Below, in pieces: positions 28,969 through 37,489 of a DNA stretch of 64,000 nt; within the stretch, counting starts at the first letter, position 1, and each line of letters opens with the position of its first letter. Under the pieces are notes generated by a model, which worked only from the letters and a program-made list of their open reading frames with translations, was not told where the DNA came from and made no database searches. This DNA is from an uncultured Bacilli bacterium (lineage in GTDB: Bacteria; Bacillota_I; Bacilli_A; RF39; UBA660). The DNA is taken from positions 261,632 to 325,631 of the forward strand of contig CAKOXO010000002.1 in NCBI GenBank assembly GCA_934130165.1, in the 5' to 3' direction. The position numbers and the translations under genes were made by a program.

Positions 28969-29729
28969 TAATCTCTTAGTTCCTTTCCTGTAAGTTTTAA
29001 GAATACATCATTTAAAGTTGGTCCTACACGTTCTACTTTCACTTTTATATTTGCTTGTTTTTTTAATTCTTCACTTGTTCCTTGAGCTATTATTTTTCCT
29101 TTATCTAAAATAATAATTCTATCACAAAGAATTTCTACTTCTTCCATATAATGTGTTGTATAAATTATAGTTGCTCCATCATCTCTTAATTTTTTTATAC
29201 CATCTAAAATATTATTTCTACTTTGCGGATCAACAGCAACAGTTGGTTCATCTAAAAAAATTAATTTTGGTTTATGGGCAATTCCACAAGCAATATTTAA
29301 TCTACGAAGTAGCCCTCCAGACAGTTGTTTTGGATAATATTTTTTAAACTCACCTAATCCTACTAAGTCAATCGCATCCTCTACATATTTTGATCTAGTT
29401 TTTTTATCTTTTATATATAGTCCACAAAAATAGTTAATATTATCATAAACATTTAACTCATCAAAGACTGCAACATCTTGAAATATTACTCCTATTTTTG
29501 ATTTTATATCATAAGAATCAGCCTGCATCATCTCTCCAAATATTTTTATACTACCTTTTTGATACTTTAGTAATGAAAGAAGACAATTAATAGTTGTACT
29601 TTTTCCACTTCCGTTTGGACCAAGTAGTCCAAGTATTTCACCTTCATATAAATCAAATGATAAATTATCCACTGCTTTTTTATTTTTATATTCCTTAGTT
29701 AGATTACTAACTTCTATTATTTTTTTCAT
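28968..29729 (-). CDS. ABC transporter ATP-binding protein
   Basis: Walker A GPNGSGKST, signature LSGGLLRRLNIACGI, Walker B LIFLDEPTVAVD, H-loop TTHYMEE. Confidence 0.9.
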   Translation of the reverse strand: MKKIIEVSNLTKEYKNKKAVDNLSFDLYEGEILGLLGPNGSGKSTTINCLLSLLKYQKGSIKIFGEMMQADSYDIKSKIGVIFQDVAVFDELNVYDNINYFCGLYIKDKKTRSKYVEDAIDLVGLGEFKKYYPKQLSGGLLRRLNIACGIAHKPKLIFLDEPTVAVDPQSRNNILDGIKKLRDDGATIIYTTHYMEEVEILCDRIIILDKGKIIAQGTSEELKKQANIKVKVERVGPTLNDVFLKLTGKELRD

Positions 29730-29795
29730 AAAATTCCTCTCTATTTAACTTCTACTCAATCAAAGATTATCTTTGATTTATTATTTAATTTTTTA

Positions 29796-30338
29796 TTAAT
29801 ATTTTAGTATGATCAAGGCAAAAATCAGAAAAATTATTACACCTAATAATATAAGGTTTAAAAGTTTACTTGGTTTTATATTTCTGTCAACATAACTCTC
29901 TTTTGGTTTTGAAGGATTATAATAGACATCTACTTCACTATTTATAGGATATAATTCATATAATGGTAATTTCTTAAAATTAATAATTTGACTATTATAC
30001 AAACTAATTTTTAATACCTCTGGGAGAGATTCTTTTGTAGTTAAATTACTAATAATTTCACTTTTAGAATTATTTAGTGGATTATTAATTTTTTTTATAA
30101 TTATCCATCTGAATTTTGGACCTACAACTGTATATTCTCTATTATTTGCACTATATTGAACAACTGGAAGTCTAATACCATTATATCTCATATTTGAGTA
30201 TCTAACTACTACACCTGTTGTTTTTTCTAAACACCTTTTTTCTGTGTTTCTTTTTTTAAAATAAATAAAATACCAAGTGATAAACATTGCTAGTGAAAAA
30301 GCTAAGATATAAATACACCAAAAAATATTTAATTTCAT
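29796..30338 (-). CDS. DUF3592-like membrane protein
   Basis: 180 aa with N- and C-terminal TM helices flanking a beta-rich core (TTGVVVRYSN...LPVVQYSANNREYTV...EVDVYYNPSKPKESYV). RBS AGGAG. Confidence 0.55.
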   Translation of the reverse strand: MKLNIFWCIYILAFSLAMFITWYFIYFKKRNTEKRCLEKTTGVVVRYSNMRYNGIRLPVVQYSANNREYTVVGPKFRWIIIKKINNPLNNSKSEIISNLTTKESLPEVLKISLYNSQIINFKKLPLYELYPINSEVDVYYNPSKPKESYVDRNIKPSKLLNLILLGVIIFLIFALIILKY

Positions 30339-30356
30339 ATTATCAACTCCTATTAA

Positions 30357-31295
30357 TTATGTTATATTCCATTTAGGCGGATAAAAATATTCTATTTTTT
30401 CCTTTTTTGGTACATAATGCTTTTTTATTTTTGTTCGATTTGATTTTAAATTTGGAAAAGCCTCCCTACAATATTTATCTAGTTCACAAAATATATTTTG
30501 ACAATCTATAAGTTGTAATGGTCTATTTCCAATCCTTTTAAAATTTAAATTAAGCCTTTTAAATTCTTTATCTTGGTGTTCATACATATATCTAATGATA
30601 TCCTCATTACTTAAATCTCCCTTATCAATAAAACATTTTTTTATACCCCTTAATGAACCTGGACCCGCTACTGTAAATTCATCTTCTTTCCAATTTACAG
30701 TTTCACTATAGTTAATATCAGTTACTAATTGATAAGCCATAAAGTTTCCAATCAATGGATAACTTTTTATAATATCAAAACCCTCTTTCATTGTTTTGCA
30801 TTTGATAATCTTTTTCTGCATTTTATCTATATTAAACATTTTATCTAAAAGTGCCAAATGATTATCATGTTTCCTATCGTAACCAAATGCTTTATTTGCA
30901 CAACTAATATAGGCATCATTATAAATTTTTACACCATTTGAAATTGCTTCTTCTAACACTTTAGAGTATTCCTCTTTATTAAATGTTTTTAAAGTAATAT
31001 CTTGAAAATGATCTAATAATAACTCCCAAGTTGATTCTTTATTAAAAAGTTTAAATAATAGTATCCTAAATAGCATATCGTCATTAGAATATTTTTTACC
31101 ATTATATATAACGTTTTTAAGCAAATATTGACTAACCCTATCATTAACTCGATAACTATTACAAAATTTATAATTTTGTAAAATTTCATCAGTTGTCCAT
31201 GGTGAAGGTTCACCATTTAACTTTTTTATAAAAATATTTTGCCTTTCACAAGCAAAATACCAATATAAATCATATATTTCTTGTCTTTTTATCAT
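30357..31295 (-). CDS. Orphan protein, tentatively aGPT-pyrophosphorylase-like (putative DNA base hypermodification family)
   Basis: 312 aa, RBS GAGGTGA. The N-terminus EIYDLYWYFACERQNIFIKKLNGEPSPWTTDEILQNYKFCNSYRVNDRVSQYL matches my recollection of the conserved N-terminal block of alpha-glutamyl/putrescinyl-thymine pyrophosphorylase-type proteins. Not verifiable here. Confidence 0.4.
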   Translation of the reverse strand: MIKRQEIYDLYWYFACERQNIFIKKLNGEPSPWTTDEILQNYKFCNSYRVNDRVSQYLLKNVIYNGKKYSNDDMLFRILLFKLFNKESTWELLLDHFQDITLKTFNKEEYSKVLEEAISNGVKIYNDAYISCANKAFGYDRKHDNHLALLDKMFNIDKMQKKIIKCKTMKEGFDIIKSYPLIGNFMAYQLVTDINYSETVNWKEDEFTVAGPGSLRGIKKCFIDKGDLSNEDIIRYMYEHQDKEFKRLNLNFKRIGNRPLQLIDCQNIFCELDKYCREAFPNLKSNRTKIKKHYVPKKEKIEYFYPPKWNIT

Positions 31296-31512
31296 TATAT
31301 CACCTCATACTTTTTCTTAATTATTAAAAATTCTAATAGCAAAACAACTCCTAGAACTAAGAAAATTATGAAAAATATTTTTAATACTATATTACTACAA
31401 ATTCATAATACCTTACAAACAAAATAAAATCAACATCATACTTACTTTATAATACTAATTATAGTAAAGTCAAAAAAAGCTAACCTACATAAAATATTAT
31501 AAGGAGGATATT

Positions 31513-31902
31513 ATGGAAAAAGAATTAAATAATACAGTCAATGCTGTTGGTAATTACAATAGTATTCCTACATCTGTTACTTCTGCTGCGTCAGTAGTTA
31601 CAATGATTGATGGATTAACAATTACAAAAGTTGCAGATAAACCTGTTTGGGCAGATGGTGAGTTAACATATACGATTACAATAAGTAATAATGCTGATAA
31701 ACCATACGTTAGTCCAAAAATAAAAGATACTCTAGATAGTAGTTTAATTGAATTTGTATCAGATAGTGTTACTATCGATGGTGTTGAAGCATCATCTTCA
31801 GAATATGAATACGATACAGGAACCAATACTTTGACAGTAAACCTAACTGATATTGATGTTACAAATTCTAAAGTAGTTACTTTTAAAGTTAGAAAAAAAT
31901 AA
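31513..31902 (+). CDS. Small DUF11 (conserved repeat domain) protein
   Basis: 129 aa with a strong RBS AAGGAGGA. LTITKVADKPVWADGELTYTITISNNADKPYVSPKIKDTLDSSLIEFVSDSVTIDG...VVTFKV fits the DUF11 fold pattern. Confidence 0.7.
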   Translation: MEKELNNTVNAVGNYNSIPTSVTSAASVVTMIDGLTITKVADKPVWADGELTYTITISNNADKPYVSPKIKDTLDSSLIEFVSDSVTIDGVEASSSEYEYDTGTNTLTVNLTDIDVTNSKVVTFKVRKK

Positions 31903-31980
31903 TTATATAAAATAAAAGGTAGAAATTCATTATTTGAACATAACCATAAACCAAAACCACCTGTGCAACGTATTTATTTT

Positions 31981-32151
31981 ATGGGTTCGACATGACCAAC
32001 GGGACCTAGTGGCAAGGGATTAGAAATATTAGGTAGTTATGATACTCTAGATGAGTTAATGGATGAACATCCGACAGGTGATGCTAGTACTGTTAAAATA
32101 GATTTTGCCAATGTAAATTTAATTGTTAAAAAATATAATGTTTCTGTATAG
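31981..32151 (+). pseudogene. Remnant of a collagen-like (BclA/tail-fibre-type) protein gene with an in-frame TGA
   Basis: The frame reads MGST*PTGPSGKGLEILGSYDTLDELMDEHPTGDASTVKIDF...*. It has G-X-Y triplets (GST-[TGA]PT-GPS-GK) followed by the GSY..L..L...HP.G motif seen after collagen repeats. No convincing start or RBS. Confidence 0.35.
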
Positions 32152-32190
32152 AAAAAAATACCTAAAACTATTTTCGTTTAGGTATTTTTA
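32152..32190. terminator. Bidirectional terminator hairpin
   Basis: 11-bp stem AAATACCTAAA (32156-32166) / TTTAGGTATTT (32177-32187) with a 10-nt loop, an A-run before and a T-run after. It overlaps the last codons of the GT8 gene. Confidence 0.65.
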
Positions 32191-33145
32191 TTTTTGCTTT
32201 TATTTTACTTCGTTTTTCATCATCCATATATGAATTAGATACTGCTTTTAGTAAAGATATTCCTGGAACGTATGCTAAAATACTAGAAGATGGCTCTTTT
32301 TTATAATCACTATCCCAAATTTTTCTATAAGAATCATAAATACTATTATAAGGATGAATTCTATTTTTCTCCCAAGTTCTAGTCATAAGATACTCTAATA
32401 AATGTAATACGACTGGAGTTTCTAGAGATTCTTTCACCTCAGAGTGTGAATAAAAATTTTCATTTTTTGAATACATATTTTTTGCTAAAATATTATGCCT
32501 ATTCATGTAATAAACTAGTGGATGGATATTATAATTTACACTAAGGGTATCAATTTGATTATCAAAAGCTAAATTAAGTAAATCTTGATCTGGATATATT
32601 AATTGATCTTTATGCTTCCTAGAAAATGAATACAATCTATCACTGCATTCAGATTCATCCCATTTATTAAAATCAAATAGTAAAACTCCACTATTATAAT
32701 AAGTAGCCACTTTACCTTTCATATGTTTAGGTACTGAAAATTCTTTTACAGCAGCAACGGGTGAATTAATCTTTAAATTAAAAACATTATCTAAAGGATT
32801 TAAAATTATAGTATCACTATCTAGATAAAGCATCTTATCACTATCTTGAAAAATATCTCTAGCAAATAATCTTGCATTAGCAACCTTTGTTCCTCTCCAT
32901 GTTGGAATATCATATTTATTTAACTTATCCATTATACATGAAATAGAATGAATACTAACCCTTAAATTAGGATATAATTCCTGCAATAACTCCAATTTTT
33001 GGAAATTATCAGCAGTTAAATCTTCAACTATTATATTGGCATTAATAACTGCTTTTTGACTATTTTCCATTAAAGAACATATAGATGTTAACATATGAGG
33101 AAAATAAGCATCATTACAGGTATATAAGATATCAATATTATTCAT
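32168..33145 (-). CDS. Glycosyltransferase family 8
   Basis: ILYTCNDAYFPHMLTSICSLMEN, DxD motif LYLDSDTIIL, YYNSGVLLFD. RBS AAGGAGATG. Confidence 0.85.
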   Translation of the reverse strand: MNNIDILYTCNDAYFPHMLTSICSLMENSQKAVINANIIVEDLTADNFQKLELLQELYPNLRVSIHSISCIMDKLNKYDIPTWRGTKVANARLFARDIFQDSDKMLYLDSDTIILNPLDNVFNLKINSPVAAVKEFSVPKHMKGKVATYYNSGVLLFDFNKWDESECSDRLYSFSRKHKDQLIYPDQDLLNLAFDNQIDTLSVNYNIHPLVYYMNRHNILAKNMYSKNENFYSHSEVKESLETPVVLHLLEYLMTRTWEKNRIHPYNSIYDSYRKIWDSDYKKEPSSSILAYVPGISLLKAVSNSYMDDEKRSKIKAKIKIPKRK

Positions 33146-33265
33146 TATGTCATCTCCTTAAATAACTAATCCCCTAAGACATATTTCAACAAATATCAAG
33201 TTCCTTTTTTTCTAAAATTGTACCAATAACAACATTATATATATGAAATATCTTTCAATAAGTCA

Positions 33266-33297
33266 TTAAAAGCTAATGTTTAATCATTAGCCTTTTA
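33266..33297 (-). terminator. Terminator after the PHP gene
   Basis: AAAAGCTAATG / CATTAGCCTTTT hairpin (one bulge) with flanking T/A runs. Confidence 0.55.
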
Positions 33298-33304
33298 TCA
33301 GAAA

Positions 33305-34207
33305 TTAATTACTATTTAAATTATTTAATACTTGATTAATATAGCTATTAGTCAAATCTAATTCTTCATTAACAAGTCCAATTAATGGAGCAATACCATC
33401 ATTTTGATGGAAATCTGAACCTACGGTTGTAAATAAATTATGTTCATCAGCGAATTTAGTCCACTTTTTAGTATCATCTATCTTTTTATTGTTATTTCTT
33501 CTTTGAACATAAATGTAATTAGCTTCAATACCATCAGCTTTCATTTCATTAACTAAACTTAGAATTTCATCTTCTGTAAGTCCATCTTCATAAGTGTATG
33601 CAACAGGATGGGCTAAAACTACTTTTCCTCCAGCTTTTCTTATCATCTCAGCTGCTAATGAAGGGGTAGCAGTTTTTTTCTCTACATAAGCTGGACAACC
33701 TTCATTCATTATAGTTTCTATATATTCACCTCTATTTGGAATGTAACCAAACCTTTCCTTTAGAATTTTTTCATTCAAAGGATTATCAACTACATTTGAA
33801 GCAATATGAGCCTTTGTAACAGCATCAATTTTATCTAGGTTTTCAACATCAATTATATAACCTAAAGCACTTATTTTTTCTGCTACGTTATGTAAGTAAT
33901 CATGTCTAGCATTTCTTAATTTGAATAAATCATTTCTAAAATCTTCATTATTTAAATCTATATTATAACCAAGAACATGAATACCACATTTTTTTGTTTT
34001 TGTAGATATTTCAACAGCTGGTATAAGGTTAATATTCTTTTCTTTAGCATAGTTAAACAGCTCATCACTATATGCATCAATAGTATCATGATCAGCTATT
34101 GCTACTATTGACACCTTATTCTTAACAGCCTCATCTATAACCTCCTTTGGACTTAGTTTTCCATCTGATTTATTTGTATGAATATGTAAATCTATTTTTT
34201 TCTCCAT
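33305..34207 (-). CDS. PHP-domain metal-dependent phosphoesterase (TrpH/YciV-like)
   Basis: IDLHIHTNKSDGKLSPKEVIDEA, VAIADHDTIDAY, GIHVLGY, VLAHP, GSDFH: the full PHP ligand set. Confidence 0.85.
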   Translation of the reverse strand: MEKKIDLHIHTNKSDGKLSPKEVIDEAVKNKVSIVAIADHDTIDAYSDELFNYAKEKNINLIPAVEISTKTKKCGIHVLGYNIDLNNEDFRNDLFKLRNARHDYLHNVAEKISALGYIIDVENLDKIDAVTKAHIASNVVDNPLNEKILKERFGYIPNRGEYIETIMNEGCPAYVEKKTATPSLAAEMIRKAGGKVVLAHPVAYTYEDGLTEDEILSLVNEMKADGIEANYIYVQRRNNNKKIDDTKKWTKFADEHNLFTTVGSDFHQNDGIAPLIGLVNEELDLTNSYINQVLNNLNSN

Positions 34208-35154
34208 GTTTCCACCCTTTCATTAAATATTTTCTTTAAGCTTTTAGATTCAAATCTTCTTTTATTTGCATCTGTCGCAGATGCATAAAGAAATCTAAAT
34301 AGTTCCTCATTAGTAAAATCACTTGTAACCTGTTCTCTACTATCCACTAACGCTTCCATTATATCACAATCACAATTAAATGGGGTAAATGCTGATAAAT
34401 AATCATAAATAAAATTATAAGCCTCATCATCATATTGCCATTTTTTTCTATATGATTGAGGATGAATTGGTAAATAAGGTGTATTATCACTAATTGATTT
34501 TCTTAATGTTTTAGGAACATTTTCGATTAAATCTATAAGTGTTTCTTTATCAATTATATGCGCATCAAGTGGTAAATTTTTATCTGGCATAGTACCACTT
34601 TCTATACTTTCACTAATTTCTATAATATCTTGCATTGTTTTAAGTGGATTGATATCTGATGGATATAAATTAAAGGCAGTAAATAACTCCATCATTTCTT
34701 CCTTTGTTTTTGAAACCATATTTGCAGGAGAAACAACCCACATATCAATATCAGGTAATCTATTAATTATTTTTCTAGGTTTTAGCTCATTATCAATTCT
34801 TGGACAAGGCTTACAAATTTGTTTTAAATCAGGTAATGTTTCCCCTCTTTTTTCCAAACACTCTCCACATAGCCATATTATTTTATTACTTTCCTTTATT
34901 TTCTCTAACAATTCCTTATTATATCTTAACTGTTCCTTTATTACTGGTAACTTACCTTCTAAATTAGAATCAAGTGCATAGAAAGGATAACCAGTACCAA
35001 AGGTACCATTACTATTAGAAACGTATTTAGCCATATTATTAAATTTATTAATATTTTCGAGTACATATAATCGTTTTAAATCTGTATTATTAATTTCAAA
35101 TATTGTTGATGCTTCCACAGCTTTTTGGCAATAATCCATTGAAAATTTTTGCAT
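34192..35154 (-). CDS. Hypothetical protein with CxxC...CxxC zinc-ribbon and weak nucleotidyltransferase-like motifs
   Basis: 320 aa, RBS TAGGAGTG. CGECLEKRGETLPDLKQICKPCPR, then RLPDIDMWVV and LDAHIID. Its last 16 nt overlap the PHP gene start. Confidence 0.55.
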   Translation of the reverse strand: MQKFSMDYCQKAVEASTIFEINNTDLKRLYVLENINKFNNMAKYVSNSNGTFGTGYPFYALDSNLEGKLPVIKEQLRYNKELLEKIKESNKIIWLCGECLEKRGETLPDLKQICKPCPRIDNELKPRKIINRLPDIDMWVVSPANMVSKTKEEMMELFTAFNLYPSDINPLKTMQDIIEISESIESGTMPDKNLPLDAHIIDKETLIDLIENVPKTLRKSISDNTPYLPIHPQSYRKKWQYDDEAYNFIYDYLSAFTPFNCDCDIMEALVDSREQVTSDFTNEELFRFLYASATDANKRRFESKSLKKIFNERVETWRKK

Positions 35155-35216
35155 ATTAACACTCCTATAAATTGACTGTTATAATACCATAGTTTTCTAA
35201 ATATAGCAACTAATCT

Positions 35217-35849
35217 TTATTTAGATATATTAGTTTTTATACTAAATGTAGGAATCCCTGTAGAATATGGTGCTATATCATACTGATTAAAAAATATTAT
35301 AATATTACCATTTGAATCTAGATAATAATTTTCAGGTTTAAAAGTATCAAGAATAAGTTTACATGGATCATCAAAATAATATACTTTATTTTTATTTATT
35401 TGCATAAGAATTTGTTTGAAAATATTGGTTAAAAAGTAACAATTATTTGAAAAACAACATAATTCTACCATAGTACCATCTACCAAATTCCATGTTTGAG
35501 ATACTCTTTTATCATCTCCATGAGCACCACCAGTATATATATAACTATCTAAATATAAACTAACTATTTTCCCTCTAGAAAATGTATAATAAACTTTTCT
35601 AACTATTTCATAAAATCTAACAGGTTGATTATTACTTTTCAAATCTTTATAAAAGTTAATTGCCTCACTATATAATTTATTTTCTATAAAATTTCTAAAC
35701 TTTAAGGCATTACTTTCGTTATAATCATTAAATTTATCTATTTTATATAAACTAGAATCAATTACTGGATACTCAATATAATATTTAAGCACCATAGTAT
35801 CATCATAAAATAGTTCCTTTTCCAATTTCTTTTTTCTCAAATCTATCAT
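35217..35849 (-). CDS. DUF3298/DUF4163-domain protein (RsiV/PdaC C-terminal-like)
   Basis: YIYTGGAHG motif and C-terminal FNQYDIAPYSTGIPTFSI. The ORF opens at 35933, but the ATG at 35849 (MIDLRKKK) avoids a 37-nt overlap with the upstream HD gene. Confidence 0.65.
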   Translation of the reverse strand: MIDLRKKKLEKELFYDDTMVLKYYIEYPVIDSSLYKIDKFNDYNESNALKFRNFIENKLYSEAINFYKDLKSNNQPVRFYEIVRKVYYTFSRGKIVSLYLDSYIYTGGAHGDDKRVSQTWNLVDGTMVELCCFSNNCYFLTNIFKQILMQINKNKVYYFDDPCKLILDTFKPENYYLDSNGNIIIFFNQYDIAPYSTGIPTFSIKTNISK

Positions 35850-35896
35850 AATAAAAACCTCTATACAATGTATGAGGTTTTTATCAGTTTTATTAA

Positions 35897-36355
35897 TTAA
35901 TAACTTATTGAAAATGTTTCTAGTAGTGCACAAATTTTATCTGCTATACAAACTATAAAAGATTCTAAATATCTCGGTGGAGTTATATTAAGTGGAAACA
36001 TATGCTTTTTAATTATGTCTTTTTCTATCTTACAAAGTGAAAAATCTCTTGATGCATTTTCTAAGGCTCGAGTTGCATGTGTAAAACCATGTAGTTTATG
36101 ACTATCATCTTTTACATGCCAATCATATAAGAAATAATCATGTAATAAAGCACCTCTAATTAATGCCCTTTGATTTATTTTAAGAGGAATAAAAAGTGAA
36201 ATATATGCACATAGGCAAGCTACACCTACTGAATGTTGAAAAACAGTTACATTTCCATGTTGTATAAAAGTTTTTTCAAGTTGCATACATTCAGATTGTA
36301 TTATATCTCCTCCATGAAATAATACTAAAGCTTTCATATGATTAACTATACTCAT
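35897..36355 (-). CDS. HD-domain phosphohydrolase
   Basis: 152 aa with HSVGVACLCAYI ... GALLHDYFLYDWH. RBS GGTGGTGA. Confidence 0.7.
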   Translation of the reverse strand: MSIVNHMKALVLFHGGDIIQSECMQLEKTFIQHGNVTVFQHSVGVACLCAYISLFIPLKINQRALIRGALLHDYFLYDWHVKDDSHKLHGFTHATRALENASRDFSLCKIEKDIIKKHMFPLNITPPRYLESFIVCIADKICALLETFSISY

Positions 36356-36412
36356 TCAATCACCACCGTTACGCATTCTCATTATAATACACTATCTATA
36401 TTATTTCAATAA

Positions 36413-37075
36413 TTATTCATTTCCTTTTAGGCTAGTTACCATATCTATAGAATTAATTTTTCTAGATAAAACTTTAGATACTATATAAGATACTAGGAAT
36501 GTTCCCACTATGGCATAAATATAAGAATAAAGACTAATATTTGCACCAAAATCATAGCTTTCTTCAACAGCGGTCTTAAATAACCAATCTGTTAAATAAT
36601 ATCCAGCTGGCAAACCTAAAATGATAGATATTATAGCAATGATGTTATTTTGTTTTATAAAGATTTTTCTAATCTGTTTATTCTTAAATCCTAATACTTT
36701 TAATGTTGCGAATTGATATTGTTTTTCAGTATAAGATAATACTCCCATATTATAGATAATTACAGCACCTAAAACAATTGCGATACATATAATTAAAACA
36801 ATCATAGTTTTCATTGTAGATAACATATTACTCATACCTTCTTCTAAAGAGTTAAGATCTTGAATTAATTCTACATTTCTAATCTCTTTAGTATCTTTTA
36901 AATCTTTATTTGTATATAAAGAATCAGGTTGATAAGTATTACCTAACTTTTCATAATATTTTTTAGTAATAGTCATATTTTGATTTTGAGGATCTTTATT
37001 AAATCCAATAATTTTTGACTTATAATATTTATCATTTCCAACAAGATGCCATGTAATAGTATCACCTAATTTAGA
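36413..37075 (-). pseudogene. 5'-truncated FtsX/MacB-type ABC permease gene
   Basis: The C-terminal four-helix FtsX domain is present (ATLKVLGFKNKQIRKIFIKQN...). The frame stays open upstream of the annotated Met (…SKLGDTITWHLVGNDKYYKSKIIGFNKDPQNQN-MTITKK) until it meets the IS fragment. There is no N-terminal TM and no partner ATPase. Confidence 0.65.
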
Positions 37076-37470
37076 ACAAATAAATGATATGCTTAATAAA
37101 GCATTTGATGGCAGAAATCTAGAAGAATTAATATTTCATTCGGATCAAGGATGGCAATATCAACATAAATCTTATCAACAGCGATTAAAGAATAAAGGTA
37201 TAAAACAAAGTATGTCTAGAAAAGGAAATAGTATGGATAATGGAATGATGGAAAATTTCTTTGGTTTACTTAAAACAGAAATGTTTTATGATCAAGAAGA
37301 TAGTTATAAAACATTAGATGATTTAATAAAAGCAATTGATGACTATATTTATTATTACAATTATGATAGAATCAAAGTTAAATTAAAAGGACTGTCACCC
37401 GTAAATTACAGGTTACAATCCTCTAATTAGAAACTATTTATAAACTGTCCAACTTTTGGGGTTCAGTTCA
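37062..37470 (+). mobile_element. IS3-family (IS150-like) transposase 3' fragment with terminal inverted repeat
   Basis: SPNLEQINDMLNKAF...IFHSDQGWQYQH...KQSMSRKGNSMDNGMMENFFGLLKTE...YYNYDRIKVKLKGLSPVNYR is the C-terminal part of the DDE integrase core (ORF 37089-37430). The putative right end ...TGTCCAACTTTTGGGGTTCAGTTCA finishes at about 37470. The N-terminal two-thirds of the element is missing. Confidence 0.8.
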
Positions 37471-37489
37471 TTTAAAGTTGAGTTTTTAT

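Noticed and set aside
31993-31995. In-frame TGA in the collagen-like remnant as selenocysteine or programmed read-through.
   Set aside because: There is no SECIS-like hairpin immediately downstream and no convincing start or RBS. The frame is only ~55 codons long. A decayed gene is the simpler explanation.
35850-35933. 37-nt overlap between the DUF3298 gene and the upstream HD gene.
   Set aside because: The internal ATG at 35849 (MIDLRKKK) removes the overlap. The N-terminal extension (MCTTRNIFNKLLINK...) has no signal or TM character.
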